Assembly (NCBI GenBank): GCA_030830625.1 | Contig: JAURMQ010000091.1 | Span: forward strand, 1 to 57,879 | Length of the DNA: 57,879 bases | Reading direction: 5' to 3' | DNA from: Flavobacteriaceae bacterium | Lineage (GTDB): Bacteria > Bacteroidota > Bacteroidia > Flavobacteriales > Flavobacteriaceae | In this document: piece after piece, positions 10,413 through 19,489 of the stretch | Position numbering within the stretch: the stretch's first letter is position 1 | How the letters are laid out: every line of letters starts with the position of its first letter | The notes under the pieces: model-generated | Database searches by the model: none | Seen by the model: only the letters and a program-made list of their open reading frames with translations | Told to the model about the DNA's origin: nothing | Made by a program: the position numbers and the translations under genes

Positions 10413-11377
10413 AACCCTAATTTTCTCCGTACCCTCAGCAGCACTTCGTCTGCAATTTTGCGGGCTTTTTCTGCCCCTTTGGCCAGTGCAATCTCAACCT
10501 CTTGAGGATGTTCGTTGAAGTAATCGAACTTTTCCCGTTCCGTTTTGAATTTTTCTAGGATCAGATCAAATAATGCTTGTTTGGCATGACCATAGCCCAT
10601 ACCACCCGCCAAATACTGCGTTCTCAAATCTTGAATTTGCTCGGGTGACCCCAAAAGGGAATAGAGCTGAAAAACATTACAGCCTTCAGGATCTTTGGGT
10701 TCTTCAAGGGTTTTACTGTCGGTTTGTATTCCCATGATTTGTTTCCGCAGGGCTTTGTCGGACTGAAAAATATGGATGATGTTGTTTTTGGATTTGGACA
10801 TTTTATTGCCGTCTGTTCCAATAATATATTGAGTTTTTTCTTGTATTTTTTCCTTGGGCAGCACAAAGGTTTCTCCCATCTGGTGGTTGAATCGTGCGGC
10901 TACGTCTCGTGTCATTTCGAGGTGTTGCAACTGATCTTTTCCTACGGGAACCACTTCGGCATCATAGATCAAAATATCGGCAGCCATCAACATTGGATAG
11001 GAAAACAAACCGGCGTTGACGTCTTCCAATTGATTGGCCTTGTCCTTAAAAGAATGGGCAAGGGTGAGCCGCTGATACGGAAAAAAACAACTCAAAAACC
11101 ACGCCAATTCTGTGACTTGACTCACATCGCTCTGACGGTAAAAAACAGTTTTTTCAACATCCAACCCACAAGCCAGCCAAGCAGCGGCGGTGGCAAAAGT
11201 GTTTTTGGACAATTGCTCCTTTTCCTTGATTTGGGTGATGGAATGCAGGTCGGCAATAAACAAAAAAGAATCATTCTTGGGGTCTTTCGCCATTTCGATG
11301 GCGGGAAGCACGGCTCCGAGTAAATTGCCCAAATGCGGAACGCCTGTTGATTGTACTCCGGTCAAAATTCTTGCCAT
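10409..11377 (-). CDS. trpS: tryptophan--tRNA ligase
   Basis: ILTGVQSTGVPHLGNLLGA (HIGH-type region) and KMSKS are present. The start is set at the internal ATG at 11377 (MARILTG...). The ORF is open to 11419, but the extra 14 residues are not conserved-looking. Confidence 0.9.
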   Translation of the reverse strand: MARILTGVQSTGVPHLGNLLGAVLPAIEMAKDPKNDSFLFIADLHSITQIKEKEQLSKNTFATAAAWLACGLDVEKTVFYRQSDVSQVTELAWFLSCFFPYQRLTLAHSFKDKANQLEDVNAGLFSYPMLMAADILIYDAEVVPVGKDQLQHLEMTRDVAARFNHQMGETFVLPKEKIQEKTQYIIGTDGNKMSKSKNNIIHIFQSDKALRKQIMGIQTDSKTLEEPKDPEGCNVFQLYSLLGSPEQIQDLRTQYLAGGMGYGHAKQALFDLILEKFKTEREKFDYFNEHPQEVEIALAKGAEKARKIADEVLLRVRRKLGF

Positions 11378-11466
11378 ACAAGGGGTTAATGGTTTCCTGC
11401 AAAGATATTTTTTTTCCACGGTTGCACAAAGTTTGCGTCATTTCCTTATGGCTCCACTTATAGAAA

Positions 11467-12264
11467 ATGTATTTTTATACCCAGATGAGGTTTCTGATTG
11501 TACTTTGGCGAACTTGGTTTTATTTTTTGGCTTCCACACTCGTGGTGCTGCTGTTTCCCCTACTGGCTCTTTTACTTTTTTTTCCTCACGGTTACCGTCC
11601 TTTTTTTTGGATCGCCCGCAATATCTGGGCTCGATTTGTATTGTTGGGGATGGGTTTTAGGATCAAAAAAAACGTTAAAACCCATTTGGATCCCAAAAAA
11701 AGTTATTTGCTCGTTGCGAATCACTCCAGTTATATCGACATCATGCTGATGTTTGCCTCCGCTCCCAATCCCTTTGTTTTTGTGGGTAAAAAAGAACTGG
11801 TCAAAATCCCGTTTTTTGGCTACCTCTTCAAGCGTGCCGCTATTATGGTCGATCGGGGCAGCACCAAAAGTCGCTATGGAGTTTACGGTCGCGCCAAAAA
11901 GGTTTTGGATCAAGGCTACAGTGTGTGTATTTTTCCCGAAAAAGAATATTTGGATGAAACCATACTGTTGAACCCTTTCAAAAAAGGGGCGTTTAGAATT
12001 GCAATCGATCACCAGTTGCCCATTTGTCCAATGGTTTTTTTGGATTGTAAAAGAAAATTCCCGTGGTATACCACTCATGGCTATCCTGGAACCCTTCGAG
12101 TAGACATTCACCCCCCTTTATCCACCCAAGGGCTTTCTACAGACCACATTCCTGAGCTTCAACAAAAAACCTTCAACCTCATTCATTCGGAATTGCAAAA
12201 CGATCCTTTACAAACGGCTGTAGAAGCCATCGAAGTCTGGAAAAAAGTCACCAAAGTGAGTTAG
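11467..12264 (+). CDS. plsC: 1-acyl-sn-glycerol-3-phosphate acyltransferase
   Basis: 265 aa. N-terminal TM segment, HX4D motif NHSSYID, and an FPE block (IFPEKEY). The start is ambiguous between 11467 and 11485. Confidence 0.8.
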   Translation: MYFYTQMRFLIVLWRTWFYFLASTLVVLLFPLLALLLFFPHGYRPFFWIARNIWARFVLLGMGFRIKKNVKTHLDPKKSYLLVANHSSYIDIMLMFASAPNPFVFVGKKELVKIPFFGYLFKRAAIMVDRGSTKSRYGVYGRAKKVLDQGYSVCIFPEKEYLDETILLNPFKKGAFRIAIDHQLPICPMVFLDCKRKFPWYTTHGYPGTLRVDIHPPLSTQGLSTDHIPELQQKTFNLIHSELQNDPLQTAVEAIEVWKKVTKVS

Positions 12265-12857
12265 AACATCAAGTTTTCAATAGGAATCATGGGTTGGTCC
12301 ATGTCTCTGAGGGCGTTGATGAGTTTTAGCCCTTTGAATGTCTGGATGTCTTCCACCCTAAGCGCCGCTTTTTTTATTTGGCCATGGGCCAAGAGTCGGG
12401 CGCGGCAAGTACCTTCCAGCAAGGGAACCTCTGGGGTCCACCATTCCCGCCCGTCGAAGAATACCACATTGGCATAGGAGCTGTCGGTAACCCAACCCTT
12501 TCGAACAATCAATACATCATCGCATGTCCCCCTCAAAGCCCATAGAGATTCCAATTTTTCTCGCTCACAATACTTATAGGAGTAACCCAAATCGTCTGCA
12601 GCAACCAATCGAATGCTTTGGATGTTTTGCATTTTGTAGTGCTGAAACTGCAGATCTCTTCTGGTGGCGTTGTATTGAATTTTCAATTTGACCTTTCCTT
12701 GTCTAAAATTTTGGGGAATTTCGAGGGCTTCCAAAAGGTCGAAGGGAGGAGTTGGACCAAAATAGTTTTGGTAGGCTTTTTGAAAGCGCAATTGGTGCCA
12801 CTTTGGGTGGAGTATTTGGCCGTCTTGCACACAAAGGGATTCAAACAACGGGTACAT
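12261..12857 (-). CDS. pabC: aminotransferase class IV / aminodeoxychorismate lyase-like
   Basis: 198 aa, a short class-IV fold protein (GTCRARLL, LINALR). It overlaps pabB by 17 nt and lies immediately downstream of it. Confidence 0.65.
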   Translation of the reverse strand: MYPLFESLCVQDGQILHPKWHQLRFQKAYQNYFGPTPPFDLLEALEIPQNFRQGKVKLKIQYNATRRDLQFQHYKMQNIQSIRLVAADDLGYSYKYCEREKLESLWALRGTCDDVLIVRKGWVTDSSYANVVFFDGREWWTPEVPLLEGTCRARLLAHGQIKKAALRVEDIQTFKGLKLINALRDMDQPMIPIENLMF

Positions 12858-13812
12858 AGATTTTTTCTAACAGTTCGTTGTATTCGGATTGCAAATCACT
12901 GAGAAAAGTGATGCCCCCCCCACTGCGGTAGAGGAGTTGATCGTCTTTTTTTTCCAGATAGCGAATGTTGACTGCGCTGTCGAGGTTTTCACCGTTGAAA
13001 TAGCCAAAAATCCCCGTGTAATAGCCTCGGGGGCCTTGTTCGACCTGCTGGATGATGGAAATGGTTTTGGCTTTGGGAGCTCCACAAATGGAACCGGCGG
13101 GCAGCAGGTCCAGGAGCAGCTCGGGCAATTGGGCTTTCCAATCGGTGGGGAGTTTTCCCCTGATTTCGGAGCTGGTATGGTAGATTTCGTTTTTTTGGGT
13201 TTTGATTTTGTCGAGGTAGCGGAATCGGGTCACCTCAACTTCTTTGGCCACTTTCGACAAATCGTTGCGGATGAGGTCCACAATGGTATTGTGTTCGTTG
13301 ATTTCCTTAGGATCGTTTTTCAATTTATTTTTTGCCTCTGGTAGTTGGGCATCGATGGTGCCTTTCATGGGATAGGAATAAATGTAGTTGTCCTTGATTT
13401 TCACAAAACACTCGGGCGAATACACCACAAACTGATCCTGAAGCAGCAGTTTGTAGGGAGCTTTGGCCCAGTGAAAAACGTCTTGCAAATCCAGTGGGGT
13501 TTCGATGACCGAGGGAAAGGTAAGGTTGAGCAAGAAGGTATTTCCTTGATAGATTTCTTCGACCACTTTTTGATAGGCTTGGGCATAGTCGGATAGGGGA
13601 ATGGGATTTATGGACAGTCGAGCTGGAGTGGGTTTTCGGTTTTGGGGCTCGAAATTGCGGAAGCCTTTGATTTCGAATTCAAAGCCCAAGGCTTGGGCCT
13701 GTTCCAAAGGACAGATCAAGGGCTTTTGCAACTCGAAGTCGATCAGGAAAAAGAAGGGCTCTTGTGCAAGGGCCAGGGCCGACATTTTTTCTTTAAAAGT
13801 AGAAAGGTCCAA
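12841..13812 (-). CDS. pabB: aminodeoxychorismate synthase component I (chorismate-binding, short form)
   Basis: 323 aa. Chorismate-binding core: LLPAGSICGAPKAKTISIIQQVEQGPRGYYTGIFGYF...RSGGGIT. Confidence 0.8.
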   Translation of the reverse strand: MDLSTFKEKMSALALAQEPFFFLIDFELQKPLICPLEQAQALGFEFEIKGFRNFEPQNRKPTPARLSINPIPLSDYAQAYQKVVEEIYQGNTFLLNLTFPSVIETPLDLQDVFHWAKAPYKLLLQDQFVVYSPECFVKIKDNYIYSYPMKGTIDAQLPEAKNKLKNDPKEINEHNTIVDLIRNDLSKVAKEVEVTRFRYLDKIKTQKNEIYHTSSEIRGKLPTDWKAQLPELLLDLLPAGSICGAPKAKTISIIQQVEQGPRGYYTGIFGYFNGENLDSAVNIRYLEKKDDQLLYRSGGGITFLSDLQSEYNELLEKIYVPVV

Positions 13813-13837
13813 TTCCTGTAGTGGGCGTGTAAAAAAT

Positions 13838-14842
13838 CTATTCCACCGCTTTGACGGTATCCATGATTTTGGTTTCCAATTCTTCCATTAGCTCGAGGTT
13901 GTCCTCCAAAAGCTCTTTGACGGCATCGCGTCCTTGCCCCAATTTGGTATCGCCATAGCTGAACCAAGAGCCGGATTTTTTGATGATCTCATAGTTGACC
14001 CCCAGGTCGATGATTTCTCCTATTTTGGAGATGCCTTCGCCATACATGATATCAAATTCGGTGGTGCGGAAGGGCGGAGCCACTTTGTTTTTGACCACTT
14101 TTACGCGGGTTTTGTTTCCCATCACTTCAGCCTCGCCGTTTTTGATCTGGGTAGAGCGGCGAATATCGAGGCGGACGGAAGCGTAAAACTTAAGGGCGTT
14201 TCCTCCTGTGGTGGTTTCGGGATTGCCAAACATCACCCCGATTTTTTCTCGGAGTTGGTTGATGAAGAAAACGGTACAATTGGTTTTGCTGATGGATCCG
14301 GTGAGTTTTCTCAGGGCCTGCGACATGAGTCGGGCGTGGAGTCCCATTTTGGAGTCGCCCATTTCGCCTTCGATTTCACTTTTAGGGGTTAGGGCCGCGA
14401 CAGAATCGATTACTACGATATCGATGGCTCCCGAACGGATGAGGTTGTCGGCAATTTCTAAGGCCTGCTCCCCGTGGTCGGGTTGGGAGATGATGAGTTC
14501 GCTGATATCGACGCCCAGCTTTTCGGCATAAAAACGGTCAAAGGCGTGTTCTGCATCGATAAAGGCGGCGATACCGCCCGCTTTTTGGCACTCGGCAATG
14601 GCATGCAGGGTAAGGGTGGTTTTTCCCGAAGATTCCGGACCGTATATTTCGATCACCCGACCGCGGGGATAACCCCCTACGCCCAAGGCCAAATCCAAAC
14701 CAATCGATCCCGAAGAAATAACTTCTACTTCTTGGATGGCTTCGTCCCCCATTTTCATTACGGCACCTTTGCCGTAGGTCTTGTCGAGCTTATCCAGCGT
14801 GAGCTGTAAGGCTTTCTTTTTTGCTTCATTTGCGTCTGCCAT
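13838..14842 (-). CDS. recA: recombinase RecA
   Basis: Start at ATG 14842 ([33 protein letters not shown]). Walker [10 protein letters not shown]. The in-frame ORF extension to 15016 looks non-coding. Confidence 0.96.
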   Translation of the reverse strand: MADANEAKKKALQLTLDKLDKTYGKGAVMKMGDEAIQEVEVISSGSIGLDLALGVGGYPRGRVIEIYGPESSGKTTLTLHAIAECQKAGGIAAFIDAEHAFDRFYAEKLGVDISELIISQPDHGEQALEIADNLIRSGAIDIVVIDSVAALTPKSEIEGEMGDSKMGLHARLMSQALRKLTGSISKTNCTVFFINQLREKIGVMFGNPETTTGGNALKFYASVRLDIRRSTQIKNGEAEVMGNKTRVKVVKNKVAPPFRTTEFDIMYGEGISKIGEIIDLGVNYEIIKKSGSWFSYGDTKLGQGRDAVKELLEDNLELMEELETKIMDTVKAVE

Positions 14843-15035
14843 AGTACTATTTTTTACGAATTTACTATTTATCAGCATGAGGGACAATAGGGGGGGAAAA
14901 GGATTATTAACAATATAAAGAGCATTTTTACAATATTCTGACCGAAACAATATCAATAAAGGTTTGGTGAAGGAATGGTCGCGAAAAAATGGACGATTTA
15001 TCGATGAAATAGCCAAGGAGGCTGAGGAGGTAATT

Positions 15036-15831
15036 TGAGGCCACTTTTTAATTGATTAGTAGTTACAATAAACCCTTTTTGTTTCCCTAACCAATTTTCA
15101 GGCTTTGTTATTTGTTTGTCATATTTCCAACCATTATCAAAATAAACATCATATAAAATATCACCGGTTTTTTTATAGTCTCTCCCGAATCTTTTATTTC
15201 AGATACAATTAGAGTTTCAAAAGCTTTGTTTTTTTCTTTATCACCATCACCATCCTCCATACCCCTTAATTGATAATAACCTCTTTTTTGGTTAAAATTC
15301 AAAAGAACCCAAGCCAACTCTTCTTTTCTTATTTTCTTAGAAAGTGCCTTTTTACGTAAATAATAAATTGTCCAATCAAATGGAATTTTAGTGTTTTGTT
15401 TGTTTTCTGAAAATTCATTTACCATCTCTAAAAATGAATCTCTAAAAAATGAACTCATGCTTTCCCTTCTTATTCTCCCGATAATTCAATTTAACCTCTT
15501 TCCCTTTTTTGAATTGTCCCAAATGCTTTTCAAAATCAATGGCATTAGCATAATGTTCAGGTAAAAAATTCAAAATATTTAGAACTCGATGTAGTCGTTC
15601 TCTTCTCAATAGACCTCTTTGAATCAATTTACAAGCACCTCTAAATCCTGTTCTTTCTGCTGTTTGTGAATGAGACTGTCCAGAATCAAATTTTCCTAAA
15701 ATTTCTTGAGACATTGGAATTATTCTACTCCCTAAACCATTAATTTCTCCTTTCTTTGATTTAAAATCTTGAGACGTTAATGCCCAACCAATTGAATTAG
15801 GTCCTAAGTCTAATCCTAAAATATTTTTCAT
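15036..15831 (-). pseudogene. cas9: type II-C cas9 remnant: N-terminal ~265 codons, two frameshifts, 3'-truncated
   Basis: Segment A (15442-15831) reads MKNILGLDLGPNSIGWAL (RuvC-I) followed by the bridge-helix region ...LLRRERLHRVLNILNFLPEHY. The frame shifts at an A6 run (15443-15448, + strand) into ...FRDSFLEMVNEF...DWTIYYLRKKAL...ELAWVLLNFNQKRGYYQLRG. It shifts again at a T7 run (15168-15174) into [38 protein letters not shown]. Similarity then ends about 200 nt upstream of the recA start. The lower boundary is approximate. Confidence 0.8.
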
Positions 15832-15844
15832 AAGTAGATTATTT

Positions 15845-15935
15845 TATACATTTAAATTCAATTTGAAATCAATTCACAATAAGGATTATTCCGTTGTGAA
15901 AACATTTAAGGCGGTTCTTCTGAATCGCTTTTTTT
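15845..15935 (+). ncRNA. candidate tracrRNA, divergent from the cas9 remnant
   Basis: Anti-repeat-like AAATTCAATTTGAAATCAATTCACAAT, whose complement is GTTGTGAATTG.TTTCAAA-type as in Bacteroidota II-C repeats. Nexus AATAAGGATTATTCCGTT, compared with the SpCas9 scaffold AATAAGGCTAGTCCGTT. Terminal hairpin GCGGTTC-TTCT-GAATCGC followed by T7. The 5' end is not determinable from sequence. Confidence 0.6.
15911..15935 (+). terminator. rho-independent terminator of the tracrRNA candidate
   Basis: 7-bp stem GCGGTTC/GAATCGC (one G-U pair), TTCT loop, then TTTTTTT (15929-15935). Confidence 0.6.
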
Positions 15936-16339
15936 ATTCTCTAAAGCCCCACACTAAGCTTTATCAGTCATTTTTAAGAGAACCCATCCTATCAACATTA
16001 TCATCAGGCGATAAATTCAAAACGGATAATTTTCTTTCTTTAAGAAGGGTTTAGTTTTATTGCGTCCGAAAATTCCCACAAACCATAAAGCGGTTTGAGC
16101 CTTTTACGAGCTTCTAAGGGTTAAAAAAATTAATTTTAGCCAAGGAATAATACGTTCTATCCGTTTAGGGGCAGGGTAGAGGGCTTAAAAATATAGTGAC
16201 GCTACTTAAATTTACGAATTAAGTCTGAACCGTTTTTAGTCTGATAAAAGTTTCATTAATTTTCAGCATTACCGATTGGGCCCCTATCCGTTTTGTGTAC
16301 AGTTCCGATTCCAAGCCCGTTAAAAGAGACTCCTCAGTC

Positions 16340-16590
16340 GATTCTCGCTTTACCTTGGAGCAGATCATGTTGTGAAAACCAAAGTGTATTCAAGTTAGGA
16401 TGACCCTTAAAGAAGCCGCAGAACTCTTTTTGAATTCGGATTTTCACACCCTGGCTGTAGTCGATGTCAACGATATGCTGGGGGGACAGGAACCTCTACC
16501 GAATATATCCCATACCTATTCGAGCAGTATTAGACTTTTTTGGAGGTATGGATGCTCAGTTAGAACGGATCCCCCGACCCATCCCTGAAA
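16340..16590 (+). pseudogene. CBS-domain protein fragment (in-frame TGA plus frameshift)
   Basis: The reading ...TLEQIML*KPKCIQVRMTLKEAAELFLNSDFHTLAVVDVNDMLGG matches a CBS module but has a TGA at 16373-16375. The expected G-I-V/T-T-x-x-D-I continuation is only visible in another frame (GTGTSTEYIPYLFEQY). There is no plausible start or full-length partner. Confidence 0.5.
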
Positions 16591-16745
16591 AAATTTAGGA
16601 GGGATAATGTTGACAATCAATGTTAAATACATTTATCTCACTATTTTCTATGAAGGCATTCGAGCCCTTCAACCAGCGGCGGACACCCTGTAAGTTGTTT
16701 AAATTTCCGTATTTTTGTTTTGTCAACACCTAAAAAGTATATAGC

Positions 16746-17777
16746 ATGCAACTGTATAACCAACTGAGTGCTGAAGAACGACGCCTATTGATTGCCGAAG
16801 CGGGAACAGAACGGCTTACACTTTCGTTTTATCAGTACCACTCAATCGAAAATCCACAAATTTTTAGAGATCATTTGTTTTTACACTGGAACGAAATGGA
16901 TGTTTTGGGTCGTATTTATGTCGCCCATGAGGGGATCAATGCACAGCTTTCGGTTCCTGCCCCCCGTTTCGATGATTTTAAAAACTTTCTCGACAGCATT
17001 ACCTTTTTGGCGGGCGTACGCCTCAACATTGCCATAGAACACGACAATGCTTCTTTTTTAAAACTGACCATCAAAATCCGTGAAAAGATCGTGGCAGATG
17101 GACTTGACGATGATACTTTCGACGTGACCCGAAAAGGAATTCATGTCGATGCCGAAAATTTTAATGCCTTGTTGGCCGATCCCGATACGGTGTGTGTGGA
17201 CATGCGAAATCATTACGAAAGTGAGATCGGTCACTTCAAAGGAGCGCTTACGCCCGATGTTGACACCTTTCGCGAATCGCTCCCCCTGATAGAAAAAGAC
17301 CTGGCCGATCATAAAAACGACAAAACCTTGTTGATGTATTGTACCGGAGGGATACGATGTGAAAAAGCAAGTGCTTACTTTAAACATAAAGGGTTTAAAA
17401 AAGTTTATCAATTGGAGGGAGGCATTATTGAATATGCCCGTCAAGTCAACAAAAAAGGCTTAGAAAACCATTTTATTGGCAAAAACTTTGTTTTTGATGA
17501 GCGCCGAGGGGAGCGAATAAGTGAGCATGTAATCGCTCAATGTCACCAGTGTGGGGCCCCTTGCGACATGCACGTGAACTGTGCCAATGAGGCGTGCCAC
17601 CTATTGTTCATTCAGTGTGACTCCTGTCGAGAAAAAATGCAAAGTTGTTGTTCCAACCATTGTCAAGATGTTGTCAATTTGCCTTTGGAAGAACAAAAAA
17701 AATTGCGAAAAGGAAAACAAAACAGCAATAAAATATTCAAAAAAGGCCGTTCCGAAGTTTTAAAATTTAAACATTAA
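16746..17777 (+). CDS. trhO: rhodanese-domain tRNA uridine(34) hydroxylase (UPF0176/YceA family)
   Basis: 343 aa. Rhodanese active-site loop YCTGGIRCEKAS and a Cys-rich C-terminus (CHQCGAPCD...CANEAC...C). Confidence 0.85.
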   Translation: MQLYNQLSAEERRLLIAEAGTERLTLSFYQYHSIENPQIFRDHLFLHWNEMDVLGRIYVAHEGINAQLSVPAPRFDDFKNFLDSITFLAGVRLNIAIEHDNASFLKLTIKIREKIVADGLDDDTFDVTRKGIHVDAENFNALLADPDTVCVDMRNHYESEIGHFKGALTPDVDTFRESLPLIEKDLADHKNDKTLLMYCTGGIRCEKASAYFKHKGFKKVYQLEGGIIEYARQVNKKGLENHFIGKNFVFDERRGERISEHVIAQCHQCGAPCDMHVNCANEACHLLFIQCDSCREKMQSCCSNHCQDVVNLPLEEQKKLRKGKQNSNKIFKKGRSEVLKFKH

Positions 17778-17841
17778 TTTAGGATTAGGCGCTTCTTCTA
17801 TCCTTCGAATTAGCCTTATATTTAAGCATTAAATAAAATCT

Positions 17842-19005
17842 ATGAGTTGTGCTTCATGTGCCAGTAGTGGAAATGGATCCCCCAGGGGATGCAAAAGTAA
17901 TGGTACCTGTGGGACAGACAGTTGTAATAAACTGACCGTTTTTGACTGGTTGGGCAATATGGAAACCCCTTCTGGGAAAGCTCCTTTTTCGATGGTGGAG
18001 GTCCGTTTTAAAAACAGCAGAAAAGAATTTTTTACCCTTGCCGAAGGCCTTTCTGTTGCCGTGGGCGATCCTGTAATCACCGAAGAAGAAAGCGGGTACG
18101 ACCTGGGATTGGTTACCCTTACAGGCGAACTGGTCCGCTTTCAGATGAAAAAGAAAAAGGTTGCCGAAGACAGTGAAGAGATCTCAAAAATAGTGCGCAA
18201 AGCCAACCAGAAGGAAATTGACAAATGGCATGCCCTGAGAGACCAAGAGCCGAAAATCCAAAAACGGGCAAGAGAATTGGCCATTGGTTTGGGGCTCGAA
18301 ATGAAACTCTCCGATGTAGAATTCAGAGGAGACGGTCGAAAAGCAACATTCTATTATACCGCTGAAAATCGAGTAGATTTCCGACAGTTGATCAAAGATA
18401 TGGCGCAAGCTTTTTCCATTCGGATCGAGATGCGGCAAATTGGGCTACGACAAGAGGCTTCCCGATTGGGAGGCATAGGCTCCTGCGGAAGGGAGCTGTG
18501 TTGCTCGACTTGGTTGACCGACTATCGTTCGGTTTCTACCTCGGCCGCTCGCTACCAGCAGCTCTCCCTCAACCCACTCAAATTGGCAGGACAGTGTGGT
18601 AAACTCAAATGTTGTTTGAACTACGAGTTGGATGCTTACCGTTCTGCTCTCAAGAGTTTTCCCAAACCCGAACTCAAACTTCAAACCGAAAAAGGGGTCG
18701 CCGTGTTCCAAAAGATGGACATTTTTAAAGAACAATTGTGGTATGCCTACAAAGGGGAGTGGATGAATTGGCATCAATTGTCTTTGGATTCGGTGCTTGA
18801 GATCATTGATAAAAACAATAAGAAAGAAAAAGTCCAAAGCCTTGAGGAATATACCAACGAATCAACGAATGCCTCTGAAGTACCCGAAGCGGTATTCGAA
18901 AACGTGGTGGGTCAAGACAGTTTGAACCGATTTGATTTGCCCAAAAGATCCAAAAATAAAAGAAAGAAAAAACGAAAGCCCAACCGACCCCAAAGCAATG
19001 CATAA
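17842..19005 (+). CDS. PSP1 domain protein (RicT-like)
   Basis: 387 aa. Cys-rich N-terminus and PSP1 core RKATFYYTAENRVDFRQLIKDMAQAFSIRIEMRQIGLRQEA...CGRELCC...CGKLKCC. Confidence 0.85.
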   Translation: MSCASCASSGNGSPRGCKSNGTCGTDSCNKLTVFDWLGNMETPSGKAPFSMVEVRFKNSRKEFFTLAEGLSVAVGDPVITEEESGYDLGLVTLTGELVRFQMKKKKVAEDSEEISKIVRKANQKEIDKWHALRDQEPKIQKRARELAIGLGLEMKLSDVEFRGDGRKATFYYTAENRVDFRQLIKDMAQAFSIRIEMRQIGLRQEASRLGGIGSCGRELCCSTWLTDYRSVSTSAARYQQLSLNPLKLAGQCGKLKCCLNYELDAYRSALKSFPKPELKLQTEKGVAVFQKMDIFKEQLWYAYKGEWMNWHQLSLDSVLEIIDKNNKKEKVQSLEEYTNESTNASEVPEAVFENVVGQDSLNRFDLPKRSKNKRKKKRKPNRPQSNA

Positions 19006-19489
19006 GAAGCCCCTTATATCATCTGTTTTGATATTGATCAGTCTTATGGCCTGTCAAGAACCTAAACTTTTTATGGATTATCGTAATTTTGACGAGCGTT
19101 GGGAATCCACCCAAAAGGCTGTTTTTGAATTGGATTCGATCGCCCCGCAACCCATTAATATGATGATCTATATTCGCAACAACCAGCGCTATCCTTTTTC
19201 GAATTTGTTTTTGATCGCACGCCTAAAAAAAGGAGATTCTCTTTTGCTTTGCGACACTTTGGAATACGCCATGGCCAATGCACAAGGGAACTGGTTGGGC
19301 AAAGGGTTTTTGGAAGTAAAAGAAAGTAAACTGTGGTGGAAAGAAAATTACGAACTGCCTGCAGCACAAAATCTCAAGGTCGAATTGGAACACGCATCGA
19401 GATTCAGTGGCAACGAACAAGCCTTGGATGCCTTGGAGGGAATTGTGGGGGTTGGTTTTGCTATGGAGGAAATAAATAAAGATGAGTAG
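18998..19489 (+). CDS. gldH: gliding motility lipoprotein GldH-like
   Basis: 163 aa from ATG 18998. Lipobox LISLMAC and the block QRYPFSNLFLIARL...DTLEYAMA...GNWLGKG. The PSP1-gldH-PBP1A neighbourhood is recalled for Flavobacteriia. It overlaps both neighbours by 8 nt. Confidence 0.55.
   Translation: MHKKPLISSVLILISLMACQEPKLFMDYRNFDERWESTQKAVFELDSIAPQPINMMIYIRNNQRYPFSNLFLIARLKKGDSLLLCDTLEYAMANAQGNWLGKGFLEVKESKLWWKENYELPAAQNLKVELEHASRFSGNEQALDALEGIVGVGFAMEEINKDE

Noticed and set aside
14843-15016. 58-codon N-terminal extension of the recA ORF.
   Set aside because: The conserved RecA N-terminus begins at the ATG at 14842. The extension is not protein-like and would cover the promoter region.
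15863-16054. Listed 63-aa + strand ORF (MKSIHNKDYSVVKTF...).
   Set aside because: It overlaps the tracrRNA candidate and its terminator, is low-complexity and AT-rich, and has no recognisable family. Judged spurious.
16368-16380. A second copy of GTTGTGAAAAC (also at 15893-15903) that could be a degenerate CRISPR repeat.
   Set aside because: Only 11 nt match. The flanks do not resemble the predicted repeat, the spacing (~475 nt) is not array-like, and the copy sits inside the CBS pseudogene reading (…IML*KP…). It is most likely coincidence.
15000-16745. A CRISPR array expected next to the cas9 remnant.
   Set aside because: Reading both strands, I found no regularly spaced 30-50-nt direct repeats here or elsewhere in the window, so no array is called.
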